Shown here: in pieces, positions 33,733 through 43,288 of the stretch | Numbering within the stretch: the first letter of the stretch is position 1 | How the letters are laid out: each line of letters opens with the position of its first letter | Assembly (NCBI GenBank): GCA_016187515.1 | Contig: JACPJN010000005.1 | Coordinates: forward strand, 1 to 56,390 | Source of the DNA: Candidatus Uhrbacteria bacterium | GTDB taxonomy: Bacteria > Patescibacteriota > Patescibacteriia > GWA2-47-26 | Reading direction: 5' to 3' | DNA length: 56,390 nt | Notes under the pieces: model-generated | Told to the model about the DNA's origin: nothing | The model's database searches: none | The model's input: the letters and a program-made list of their open reading frames with translations, nothing else | Made by a program: the position numbers and the translations under genes

Positions 33733-36024
33733 ATGTCCGACACGGATGATACCTTGTTTCATCGGGACTTTGAGGGTAAAGAAGGCCGCCAGTTGGACGC
33801 GATCGAGGAGGCGCGTGCGGTACTTCCTTTTAACCGAAACGACGAGCTTGACAAATACTTCGCCGCGTTCAAGCGGTATCCGAAGTTCCCGAATCGGGAA
33901 GCGTTTTTGGAAGCGCACACGCGCTTTCGCGCCGGCGCAACCGAGGAAGAACGCTTGGCGGCGCGCGACGAAATCGTGTATCGCAACGCGCGGCTGGTGT
34001 TTTCGGTGGCCTACCCCATGTCAGGTCGCGGCCTTGGGCTTTTGGACATGCTCCAAGAAGGAGCAATTGGACTCATGACCGCGCTTGAGAAGTACCAGGT
34101 CGAGCTGGGCTACGCGTTTTCGACCTACGCCACGCACTGGATTCGGCAGGCAATCAGCCGGGCGATCACCGAGCTCAACGAAAGGCGTCCGTACCGAATC
34201 CCGGTGCATGTCGCGGATAAGATGTGGCCGGTACAGCAGATCATTGAGAAGCATGTGCTTGAACAGGGTCAGTGGCCCAAGCCCAAAGAGGTGCTGGAGG
34301 AGCTGCAGCGCAGTGACAGTATCACTGACCGTCAGACCACGCTTGGGCAAGTTGTGGCGTGCATGCGCATCTTGCTCGAGGGGTATGTGTCGCTCGATCA
34401 GTCCGTCGGTGAGTACCAAGACGACGGCGATTTACCTACTCTCGGGACCATCGTAGAAGACGAACGCGTGGACACCGAATCCGTGGTAGAAGCGCGGCGC
34501 ATGCTTCACGAGTACGAGCAAGCGTTGGCCCGCATCGAGGCCGAGGTGGACAAGCTTGATCCGCGCAGTGCCATGGTCATCCGACTGCGCTTCGGTTTTG
34601 GCGAGTTTGACTCCATGACACTCCAAGAAGTGTCCGAGCGCTACGAGATTACTCGCGAACGCATCCGGCAGATTGAGGTCAAGGCGCTTGGTCAGCTGGG
34701 AGAGATACTCAGCGTCACCGGCGAGGAAATCAGCCAGATCATCGCGGCAGTGACCGAGCTTCGAAACATCACGGGTGCAGAGCCGGCAGAGCGGGCGGCG
34801 GAAACTGCGCCGGAGAAGAATGCTTCGGTCGTTGCGTCGCTTGATCATTTGTTCGGCTTGCTCTGCGAACATGTCATGCTCACCCCCGCAGGATTGCGGA
34901 TCGTGAAGGCGCCGCTTGCCACGCTTCAAGTGCGCGGGCGGCTGATCTATGGCGAGGCGTGCGCTGCGCTCGGCGAACTCCAGACGCGCGGGTTGATCGA
35001 GGGAGTTGCGCCTTGGGTGATGATCAAGATCATTCCCGAGGTGGCAATTCCGGAGTACCGTCACGGCGCCGGTCAGATGGGCAAGAGGGACGTGGAAGAA
35101 GATGACGAGGAAGTGGAAGATGCGGCTGACGAGGGCGCTGATGGAATTGTTCCCTCACCCCAACCCCCTCCCACCGGGCTCGCGGAGCGATCCAAGGGAG
35201 AGGGGGTCTGTGTACCGGTGGTGGTTGCGCCGAGGGTGGCGGGTTCGCCAGAAGCGAAGCCGCGCGGACGACCGCCGGCTAGTCAGTCCGGGATTCAGCA
35301 TTTCCCGGCGCACAAGGGTCCGCAAAAGCGTCGCGCGGGTGTCATCCTCGATCGGCTGACCTATGCCGAGGTGTACGAGGTGCTTACCTCGCGGGCGAGC
35401 GCAGTGTCTGGCGAACGGGTGGTGCGTGGCGCAGCGCCCATCCTCGAGACCTGGTTCAAGATCTGGACGCAAGACGCGACCCGGGTCTTGGAAAAGCTCG
35501 CGGAACAAGGGTACATCACTGCGCGCGACGGTTTCCGAGTAATCGTACTTCATTACGATCGTCTGGACCGGCAGGAGCTGATGTTCGGGGTTGGAGTTGT
35601 TTCCGCACCCGCTCCGACTGCGGTCGGAGCACCCTCTCCTGTCGGGAGAGGGGAACGTCGCGCGGTATTTTATGTGCCGCCAAGCGGGGCACAAGACCCC
35701 GTGCTTCGGGTGATTCCGGGCGGTGAGGCGTCTCCGCGCAAGGAGGCCGCGGTGCGTGCTCCTGCGCCTCTGGCCACGCAGCAGGCGCGAGGACCCCGCC
35801 ACGATGTGCTCGATACGGCGGTCCGCTGGATCGAGCAGCAGCTTCCGCACCTGCGGGCTTCGCTTGGCGAGGCGCACGAGCGGCTGGTCAAGCTTGAGGT
35901 GGCGTGTATCACCTTGAGAAAGGCGCGCGACGGCCATCAGCAGACGGCCTCCGCGGTGGAAGGCGCGATTGCCGAAATGGAGTCGGCAATGCAAGAGTTC
36001 TTTACTTTGCTTCGGCAGGGCTAG
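33733..36024 (+). CDS. RpoD-like sigma-70 factor with an approximately 400-aa C-terminal extension
   Basis: Region 2 (DMLQEGAIGLM..FSTYATHWIRQAI) and region 4 (TLQEV..ITRERIRQIE). Confidence 0.88.
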   Translation: MSDTDDTLFHRDFEGKEGRQLDAIEEARAVLPFNRNDELDKYFAAFKRYPKFPNREAFLEAHTRFRAGATEEERLAARDEIVYRNARLVFSVAYPMSGRGLGLLDMLQEGAIGLMTALEKYQVELGYAFSTYATHWIRQAISRAITELNERRPYRIPVHVADKMWPVQQIIEKHVLEQGQWPKPKEVLEELQRSDSITDRQTTLGQVVACMRILLEGYVSLDQSVGEYQDDGDLPTLGTIVEDERVDTESVVEARRMLHEYEQALARIEAEVDKLDPRSAMVIRLRFGFGEFDSMTLQEVSERYEITRERIRQIEVKALGQLGEILSVTGEEISQIIAAVTELRNITGAEPAERAAETAPEKNASVVASLDHLFGLLCEHVMLTPAGLRIVKAPLATLQVRGRLIYGEACAALGELQTRGLIEGVAPWVMIKIIPEVAIPEYRHGAGQMGKRDVEEDDEEVEDAADEGADGIVPSPQPPPTGLAERSKGEGVCVPVVVAPRVAGSPEAKPRGRPPASQSGIQHFPAHKGPQKRRAGVILDRLTYAEVYEVLTSRASAVSGERVVRGAAPILETWFKIWTQDATRVLEKLAEQGYITARDGFRVIVLHYDRLDRQELMFGVGVVSAPAPTAVGAPSPVGRGERRAVFYVPPSGAQDPVLRVIPGGEASPRKEAAVRAPAPLATQQARGPRHDVLDTAVRWIEQQLPHLRASLGEAHERLVKLEVACITLRKARDGHQQTASAVEGAIAEMESAMQEFFTLLRQG

Positions 36025-36133
36025 GGTAAGTGAAACCCTGGGGCGGCGGTTCTTCGCGAACCGACCGCCCCTTTTTTATTGACGAGATGCCACGGATGTT
36101 ATATGGTATGGATGGTTCTTTTAAGGAGAAACC

Positions 36134-37054
36134 ATGGCTCATGAGCACGATCCTGTAGAACAGTTGAGCAGCGTAGTTTCCGCGTTGCGCGCGATTCAAC
36201 CCCGGTCGCCGGCGCCAGGTTCAAAAGATGTGGCACCGGCAATCGTGCCGAAGTGTCCACGCATTACAGAACTGCGTCTTCCCAGCGGGCATCAACCACT
36301 GAAAAAGTTTCAGCGCCGCGCCGCGCCGGATCTGCCCGTGGTAGAGGAAATAGTGAAAGACGGTCACCCGTATGATGTGATCGGGCGTGCGCTTGCCGCT
36401 TATTACGGGGTGGAGGTCATGTTTATCTATGGCTTGACGCGCGAACAACCGTCAGCGCTGGTTCGCCAAATCATGATGTATCTGATCGTGCGCGTGCTGG
36501 AAGTACCCCAGGCGGAGGTTGGACGGGTGTTTGGATATGATCACACCACGATAATGAGTGGATGCAATAAGGTGGCGAAGTTACGGACGCTGGATGCGCG
36601 CCTTGACGAACAATTGACCGCGTTTGGTCAGCAGTTCGCACCCCTGCGGGAAAAGGTTGCGCCATTCCGGAGAGTAGTGAACAGCCCGCTTACGCAAGCC
36701 ATGTACGCGATTGTGCAAACCCACCGCCAAGCCGAATCGCAGGTACAGGCGCAATCCGCGGCTGAACTGGGGCTTACTTCATTTCCCCCGGGAATGTCTC
36801 CATCGCGCCTGCGCTGTTATCACGCAATTGTGATGGCCTTTCATGCGGGGAAGCTGGAGAAAATGGCGGCGATCAGTGCAAATCTTCCCCGAATGCTGAC
36901 CCTGCGTTTTGGGCTGGATCAGCTTGATCGGCCGGTGTACCGCACACTCCAAGAAGTTGCTGACCTGATGAACGTGAGCCGGCAGCGGGCGCTTCAAATT
37001 GAACAGCGCGCGTTCAAACTTTTGGGCATCACGAAAGAGAAATCCGCACCTTGA
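36134..37054 (+). CDS. DnaA C-terminal-like HTH fused to a sigma region 4-like HTH
   Basis: RQIMMYL..EVGRVFGYDHTTIMSGCNKV and LRFGL..RTLQEVADLMNVSRQRALQIE. Confidence 0.85.
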   Translation: MAHEHDPVEQLSSVVSALRAIQPRSPAPGSKDVAPAIVPKCPRITELRLPSGHQPLKKFQRRAAPDLPVVEEIVKDGHPYDVIGRALAAYYGVEVMFIYGLTREQPSALVRQIMMYLIVRVLEVPQAEVGRVFGYDHTTIMSGCNKVAKLRTLDARLDEQLTAFGQQFAPLREKVAPFRRVVNSPLTQAMYAIVQTHRQAESQVQAQSAAELGLTSFPPGMSPSRLRCYHAIVMAFHAGKLEKMAAISANLPRMLTLRFGLDQLDRPVYRTLQEVADLMNVSRQRALQIEQRAFKLLGITKEKSAP

Positions 37055-37207
37055 GCCGCAGGCCGTTTACCGCGCAATGGTCAACGGCTTTTTTCTTTGC
37101 AAATTGCAAGCCCTTGACACGCCTGAAAATTGTTGCTACATTAGAGCCAGTGTTCTTTGGGCATGGTGCCCTTTGACATGAGCAAAAACGAGCAGAAGGA
37201 GGACGCC

Positions 37208-39484
37208 ATGACGCACGCGGAAATTCGACGCGCGCTGGCGGAGCGTTTGCGCGCCCTTCTTGGGGCGCATCAGAATCTTCCGATTTCGCTGCGGCCCTAC
37301 CAGTTGGAAACACTTCGCGCCATCCTTTCCTTGCTTGAAGATCCGGAAGGCAGCCGGCGCGGCTATGTGGAACACGCGACCGGTCTGGGCAAGACCGTGC
37401 TGTTTGCGGCGCTGGCCGGGTTCTGTACGGATCTGCGCGTGCTGATTGTGGTGCCGAGCTTGATCCTGGTTGAGCAGACGGCGAGAGCGGCCGTGAAGTT
37501 TACCGGCGGCATGCTGGGCTACTTGGGCAGCAATCCGTCAGTGACGGATGAGCGCGGACAAGTGATTGCGATGCGCGGACACAAATTTTCCAATGTGGTG
37601 GTTACCACGGACGAAAGTTTCGCGCGCAGTCCCCGCCGCATTGCGGAGGAGTTCAATCCGCATTTGATCGTGTTTGACGAGTGCCACTGGGCCTATACCG
37701 GAAAGTCGTCGTGGGCGCTGACTCTTTTCCCGGAGTCGGTGATCATCGGGTTTTCCGCCACGCCGGATTATCTGACCACGACTGCGCGATCCGACTACAC
37801 GCCAGTGGCGCTCGATAACGGCCAGACGCTTTACGCGCCGCCCGCGCGGCTGGCGCAGCACGAGTTTGGCACGCTGATTGATAAGCGCACGGTGCCTTGG
37901 GGCGTGAGTCAAGGATGGCTTGCGCCGCTGGCCTGGAGCCGGGTGGAATTTGATGTCTCGCTTGACGGCCTACCGGTCAATGAGGGCGAGGGCGGCATGG
38001 ATTATCAGGTCAATGCTTTGACCCGGTATATGGAGCAGGAATGGTGGAGGATGATGCGTGCGATACGCCGCGTGTACGGAGAAGGAAGGTACGGACTTGC
38101 GAATCGGCAAGTATTCGCAGTTTGCCCCTCGGTGGTAGCCGCGAATGAGCTTGCTCGCGCAATTTCCGAGCTGGGGGTTTCCTCGGCCTGCATCACCGGG
38201 CATACGCCCGGGCAGGAGCGACATCGGATTCTCCGGGCCTACGCCCGCAATGAAGTACGCCTGCTCACCTCGGTTATGGTTTTGCGGGAAGGATGGGATG
38301 CTCCTAACGCCGAGGTCTGCCTCATGATGCGGCCGACCAAGTCGCGCGTGCTCTATGTGCAGGCCGTCGGGCGCGTACTGCGGCCTTCGCCTGATGGCAA
38401 GGACAAGGTTGCGCTGGTGCTGGACGGGCACTTTAGGGATACCATCTTCCAGCCGCTTTCCGCGCCGGTCTTGTTTGCGCCGGTAGGAAGAACTATGGCT
38501 ATGGGTGAGATTATCCTGCAAGTGAACCAAGGCGCAGCAGGTCCGGCACGGCCGGTTAAATCTCCCTATGTGGTTGACGGCGCGGATACGTACACGGTTG
38601 AACCGATCGCGCTGGAACATCACGCCGGGAAAGACGGGACGTTCGTGGATAACGGCGAAATTTGGGGTTCGGAACGCGGACTGGCCAAGAAGCTGGGAGT
38701 CGACATTCACTATATCCAGACCTGGGTAATCCACAGCAAGGCGCGTACGCGGGTTGCCAAGACCGAGACCGGACAAACCGCAACCTTTTACGCGTTGTCT
38801 GATGTCGTGGCTGCGGCACACACGACGGGCTACCATTCGGATGTGCAGTCCGGAGCGATCGCAGATCGCGCGAAAGCGGCCTTGGCCGAGGTGCGCCAGC
38901 GGTCGGTTGCGGCACTTCCTGCGCCAAAGGCGGTGAAGGAGATTCCTGCGGCTGTGGCACAGCCGGTAGTGATTGAAAAGGTTGTTCCCTCGCCGGTTAC
39001 GCCGAGGGTGTCAGCCCCAGTTCAACTGGAGCTGAAGGCGCCTGTAAGCGGATCGTTGGTCGTGGAAAAGAGGGAAGTGCAACCCGAAGGCGTAGCGCCT
39101 CCGTGGGCAGCAGCCGGATCTGGCTGGGGTCAGGTGATTGAATTCAGACCGCGGCCTGTAAGACCGTCTCCCAAGGCGCGACCAGTGGCGGCGCCAGCGA
39201 CGGTCGTTCCTACCAAAGCCAAACCGCGCAAGAAAACGCGAAAGGCGGAGGCGCAGAGCGATCTCCGCGGGCTTCGCCGCGGATGGATCAGTGCTGCGCA
39301 AAGCGTACTTGGGAAAATCCAGCGCAGGGTTGACCTTCGCACGCAGGACCGCAAGGTTCGCGAGCTTCTGCGTATTGCCAAGGAGCTGGCGCGGCTCGAG
39401 CGTTCCGGTACGCGCAAGGTTCGCAGGAAAAAGCACCATACGCTTCGCGTGAAGAACGCAAAAGCGGCGGGCGAGGATGAGTAA
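37208..39484 (+). CDS. SF2 DExH helicase, paralog 1, with one HTH-like module and a low-complexity/basic tail
   Basis: LRPYQ, ATGLGKT, DECH, SATP, LREGWDAP and QAVGRVLR motifs. Confidence 0.9.
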   Translation: MTHAEIRRALAERLRALLGAHQNLPISLRPYQLETLRAILSLLEDPEGSRRGYVEHATGLGKTVLFAALAGFCTDLRVLIVVPSLILVEQTARAAVKFTGGMLGYLGSNPSVTDERGQVIAMRGHKFSNVVVTTDESFARSPRRIAEEFNPHLIVFDECHWAYTGKSSWALTLFPESVIIGFSATPDYLTTTARSDYTPVALDNGQTLYAPPARLAQHEFGTLIDKRTVPWGVSQGWLAPLAWSRVEFDVSLDGLPVNEGEGGMDYQVNALTRYMEQEWWRMMRAIRRVYGEGRYGLANRQVFAVCPSVVAANELARAISELGVSSACITGHTPGQERHRILRAYARNEVRLLTSVMVLREGWDAPNAEVCLMMRPTKSRVLYVQAVGRVLRPSPDGKDKVALVLDGHFRDTIFQPLSAPVLFAPVGRTMAMGEIILQVNQGAAGPARPVKSPYVVDGADTYTVEPIALEHHAGKDGTFVDNGEIWGSERGLAKKLGVDIHYIQTWVIHSKARTRVAKTETGQTATFYALSDVVAAAHTTGYHSDVQSGAIADRAKAALAEVRQRSVAALPAPKAVKEIPAAVAQPVVIEKVVPSPVTPRVSAPVQLELKAPVSGSLVVEKREVQPEGVAPPWAAAGSGWGQVIEFRPRPVRPSPKARPVAAPATVVPTKAKPRKKTRKAEAQSDLRGLRRGWISAAQSVLGKIQRRVDLRTQDRKVRELLRIAKELARLERSGTRKVRRKKHHTLRVKNAKAAGEDE

Positions 39485-39713
39485 GGAAACAAACTCATCT
39501 CCGCCCGTTTTTTGTTTTTTGTCTAAAATTTTTTGCAAAAATTTTAGGTACAAAAACCAATCCGCCGAGCTACAGGTGCCTCGGAGCCGAATGGTATGGG
39601 CGGTGGGCAGAGAGGCGGATATGTCTCTTGCAAGCATTGAGTATCTGTGTTAATGTCTTTGTAGGTCAGAAGACCTTTGACATTCACCAATAAAAAAGAA
39701 AGGAAGGAGAGTC

Positions 39714-41831
39714 ATGCAGCATCCAGATATTCGCCGTGCGCTTGCGGAGCGGCTGCAGGCCCTCCTGGAGTCGCAAGAACGGCTGCCGATCAAACCGCGT
39801 CCGTACCAGTCCGAAACGCTCGGTCGTACCGCGCAGTGGCTTGAAGATTTTGGCGGGACTCGCCGCGGCTATGTTTCCCAAGCCACCGGTTTAGGCAAGA
39901 CCTGGCTTTTCTCGGCCATGGTCAGCCACTGCACCGGCCTGCGAACGCTGATCGTGGTGCCCACCAAGGTTCTGATTGAGCAGACGGCGCGTTTTGTGGT
40001 GCAGTTTACCGGCGGACTCATCGGACATCTTTCCGGTCTCAAGCAGATTCGACGCGCTGACGGAGAGGTGGTCGCCGTGCGCGGCCATGAGCACTCGGAT
40101 GTGGTCATCACCACGGATGAAAGTTTTATCAAGCACGCGGGCAAAATCGCTTCCGAGTTTGGACCGCATCTGATCGTGTGGGACGAATGCCATTGGGGTT
40201 ACACTGCCGAAGCGCAACGGGCGCTGGCGGCGTTCCCCGAGGCGGTCGTGATCGGGTTTTCCGCAACGCCGGACTACCTCGGCACTGCGGCGCGCGGTGG
40301 ATTTGTGCCGGTTACCCTCGACAATCGTCAAGTGCTTTACGGCGATCCGCAGCGGCTCGCGGCAACGCACTTTGGTACTTTGATTGACGAGCGGACGGTG
40401 CGGTGGGGCATTGAGAACCAGTGGCTGGCACCGTTTGCCTGGGGCATGCTGGAGTGCAACATCGCGCTTGACCAACTGCCTACGGCGCTTACCGGTGCGG
40501 GCATGGATTATTCCGAAAACGCGCTTCAAACGCTCATGTCGCGGCACTGGTCAACGATCGTTGAAGTGGTGCGACGCTTGTACGCGGATGCGCAGTACAC
40601 GCTGGCGCAGCGTCAAGTGTTTGCGGTGTGTCCGAGCGTGAAAACCGCGGAAGCGCTCGCCAAGGCAATCCATGAAAGCGGGGTGCGCTCCGCTTGCATC
40701 ACGGCGGCAACTTCGGATACGGAGCGCAATGTGGTTCTGGCTTCTTACGCCACCGGCGAGATCAAGTTTTTGACCTCGGTCATGGTGCTTCGCGAAGGAT
40801 GGGATGCTCCCAACGCCGAAGTGTGCCTTATGCTCCGGCCGACCAAGTCGCGGGTCTTGTACCTGCAGAGCATGGGGCGAGTCCTGCGGCCCGCGGCAAA
40901 TGGCGGACGCAAGGTCGCGCTAGTGGTGGATGCGTTTTCCCAGAGCGAAAAGTTTTCCGCGCTTTCCGCGCCGGTGCTTTTCGGCGAGCCCGGGAAGTCC
41001 GTGCGCGAGCGCGCGATTCTCTTGGGGCCGAAGCTTCCCACTGCGGATGCTCCGGAAGAAACTTCGCCCTATCTGCCCGAAGGAGTGCAACCGCGGCTCG
41101 TGTTCGTACATCCGCTTCAGATCGAGTACTGGGTGGGCAAAGACGACATCCTTGAGTTGGACGGGGAGACATGGGCACTGGCAGGTGTACTTGGAAGATT
41201 GTTTAAGCTTGATCCTAACACGGTTAGGAGTCGCTTAGCTCGAGCACAGGTACGCACCAAGGAGATGAGAGGTGGGCGTAGCCAAATCAACACCTTTTAT
41301 TGCGTTTCTGATGCTCGTCAAGCATGCGCTGACCTGTTGCGCTTTCCGAGAGCCGGGGCGAAGGGTATGTTCCGTGCCGATAGTCGGTTGTGGGCAAGCC
41401 CGCCGGCGCTTTACTCTTGGTTCGGTATCAAAAGAGCGCGGGTGATAGAGGGTCGGATTAAGACGCACAAAATACGGCCTCGGAAAGGACGAGACCGTTC
41501 GGGCAGGGTTGCCGATTTCTATTCTGTGGTTGCGGTGAGGAAGATCTGTGGGGATTTGGTGGAAGCATCGCGGGTGGGCCTGACGCACCACGGCATACTA
41601 AAGGTCCGAGGCATGCTCTGGGTAAGTCGGAGTGGACTCATACCACTCTTGAAGGCAGATGCACACACGATCGCAGCGTATTTGCAATCTCCGATGGTGC
41701 GGCGCCTTCAAGCCAGGAATCGGGCTGGACGTGTAGTGACTGTATATGCTCTTAGGGATGTACGGAAGCTCCGTCATAGTATGCAAAAAGGCACCAGCAG
41801 AGACAAGGTGTCAGTTGAGAAAGAAACTTAG
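39714..41831 (+). CDS. SF2 DExH helicase, paralog 2, with three HTH-like C-terminal repeats
   Basis: PRPYQ, ATGLGKT, DECH, SATP and QSMGRVLR motifs. Confidence 0.9.
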   Translation: MQHPDIRRALAERLQALLESQERLPIKPRPYQSETLGRTAQWLEDFGGTRRGYVSQATGLGKTWLFSAMVSHCTGLRTLIVVPTKVLIEQTARFVVQFTGGLIGHLSGLKQIRRADGEVVAVRGHEHSDVVITTDESFIKHAGKIASEFGPHLIVWDECHWGYTAEAQRALAAFPEAVVIGFSATPDYLGTAARGGFVPVTLDNRQVLYGDPQRLAATHFGTLIDERTVRWGIENQWLAPFAWGMLECNIALDQLPTALTGAGMDYSENALQTLMSRHWSTIVEVVRRLYADAQYTLAQRQVFAVCPSVKTAEALAKAIHESGVRSACITAATSDTERNVVLASYATGEIKFLTSVMVLREGWDAPNAEVCLMLRPTKSRVLYLQSMGRVLRPAANGGRKVALVVDAFSQSEKFSALSAPVLFGEPGKSVRERAILLGPKLPTADAPEETSPYLPEGVQPRLVFVHPLQIEYWVGKDDILELDGETWALAGVLGRLFKLDPNTVRSRLARAQVRTKEMRGGRSQINTFYCVSDARQACADLLRFPRAGAKGMFRADSRLWASPPALYSWFGIKRARVIEGRIKTHKIRPRKGRDRSGRVADFYSVVAVRKICGDLVEASRVGLTHHGILKVRGMLWVSRSGLIPLLKADAHTIAAYLQSPMVRRLQARNRAGRVVTVYALRDVRKLRHSMQKGTSRDKVSVEKET

Positions 41832-41833
41832 TG

Positions 41834-41868
41834 CCGCGCGACTCTACGGAGTTTCGCGGTTTTTTATT
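41834..41868 (+). terminator. Terminator at a convergent junction
   Basis: CCGCG..CGCGG followed by a T-tract. Confidence 0.6.
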
Positions 41869-42175
41869 CGGGAAGCGCGGAATCGGGATTTACCGCAAAG
41901 GGGTCCCGGATTCCGTTTAGCTTTAAGACCGCCCCGCTTTTTTTGATCTCTAACCAGCGCATCGCTTTCGTAAATAAGTTCAATTTTAGCGGTTCAAGCA
42001 CGGCTTGTTCTTTGAGTTCGGCAAGCGTCTTGGTTTCCTGAAGAGCAAGAAAGAAGTTTTGATACAAAAATGCTCCTAAAGCGGCGCAAAGCAGGATAAC
42101 AAAAATGATCGCGAGCACAAAGTGATAGCGCGATAAAAAACCGCTGAAACGAGCCGAGGATTTATTGATGAACAT
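41864..42175 (-). CDS. Pilus-operon protein in the PilP position
   Basis: One TM and a C-terminal RDPF motif; last gene of the operon. Confidence 0.65.
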   Translation of the reverse strand: MFINKSSARFSGFLSRYHFVLAIIFVILLCAALGAFLYQNFFLALQETKTLAELKEQAVLEPLKLNLFTKAMRWLEIKKSGAVLKLNGIRDPFAVNPDSALPE

Positions 42176-42698
42176 AGGCGGCGCCTCTAAATATACTAGT
42201 CAATTCATTTTTACGCTCTTCGCCAGCCGGGTTCAGACGAAATTCGAGTTCGGAAAGCGGTAAGAGCAAGGGAGCGCTTTCCAATTCCCCGATGAAATTA
42301 AGCGTGCTGGTGAGGTTGCCTTTGACCTCGATTTCAATGGGTAGTTCCAGGAGCGCATGTTTACCGGCTTGCGGTTCACCCAAGCGCAGTTTTTCGGACA
42401 GTCCGGACCGGCGGCTCTTCTCCTCCAGCAGAGTGAACAGCTCGATTTCGCGGCCCGGTTTAATAAAGAGTTCCATGAGCCGGGGCAGGGCCTCTTTTAC
42501 TTTTTGCACGTCGCCCCCGGTGTGCCGCAGTCCCAAGGCGCCGCTCACGGTTTTTTCAATGCGCGCGCGTTCTTCGTCAATGGCTTGCGCCAGTACCCGC
42601 ATACTTGCGATTGTCGGCGCCACGACGATCAGCATAATCACGGCCAAACCGGCAACTAAGACGGCCACGGACAGCAGTGCGCGATAAAAAAGAGACAT
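42162..42698 (-). CDS. pilO: Type IV pilus assembly protein, PilO-like
   Basis: TM, coiled coil, ELPIEIEVKG..FIGELE. Confidence 0.75.
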   Translation of the reverse strand: MSLFYRALLSVAVLVAGLAVIMLIVVAPTIASMRVLAQAIDEERARIEKTVSGALGLRHTGGDVQKVKEALPRLMELFIKPGREIELFTLLEEKSRRSGLSEKLRLGEPQAGKHALLELPIEIEVKGNLTSTLNFIGELESAPLLLPLSELEFRLNPAGEERKNELTSIFRGAAYVHQ

Positions 42699-42707
42699 AT
42701 CCTTTGT

Positions 42708-43247
42708 TTACGGCTTAATTTTCTGCGCATCGATTGCGCCCGTGATCCGGAAATTGGCCGCCTTTTCTTTTACAAGAAACTGCAGGGGCAGGTCCACGCT
42801 TTTTAGGTAAGGGATTTTTTCAAGCGCGCTTTTGAAGGCCAGCAGCTGATCCCGCGCCGCGGCCGTTCCCTGGATCTCAAGGGTTCCGGCGCTATTGATC
42901 CTTAGCGAAGAAAACGAGATCTCGGCAGGGGCGGCCTGCAGCACGCCTTGAATAAGCGGCGACCAGAGCAGGGAATTCTGCATTACGGAATCAATGGCCA
43001 GCAGGTCCCGATTGATCAGGCGAATATCGCGGTTCAGCCGTTCAATTTTGGCGGTCCCCGGGACATATTCCACAACGACCGCGCGGAATTTTTGTGAAAG
43101 TATAAAATGCGCGGCCAGGAGGATCAGCGCTCCCAGCGAGAAGGCGATAAAAATAAATAGCAAAATTTCATGGAGCAGCGTGAGGGCCGCCACGCGCTCC
43201 AGTTCCTGTTTATGAGTTGGCGGTAGGAGATTAAGGGCGGGGAACAT
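42708..43247 (-). CDS. pilN: Type IV pilus assembly protein, PilN-like
   Basis: LNLLP N-terminal motif, TM, IQGTA..LLAFKSALE. Confidence 0.8.
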   Translation of the reverse strand: MFPALNLLPPTHKQELERVAALTLLHEILLFIFIAFSLGALILLAAHFILSQKFRAVVVEYVPGTAKIERLNRDIRLINRDLLAIDSVMQNSLLWSPLIQGVLQAAPAEISFSSLRINSAGTLEIQGTAAARDQLLAFKSALEKIPYLKSVDLPLQFLVKEKAANFRITGAIDAQKIKP

Positions 43248-43288
43248 AAGACCTTTTGAGGAATTAAAATCCAGCGGCGGGAAGCAGA

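Noticed and set aside
27871-41831. Prophage or restriction-modification island
   Set aside because: No integrase, structural, terminase or methyltransferase motifs; rnpB and rnc are interspersed.
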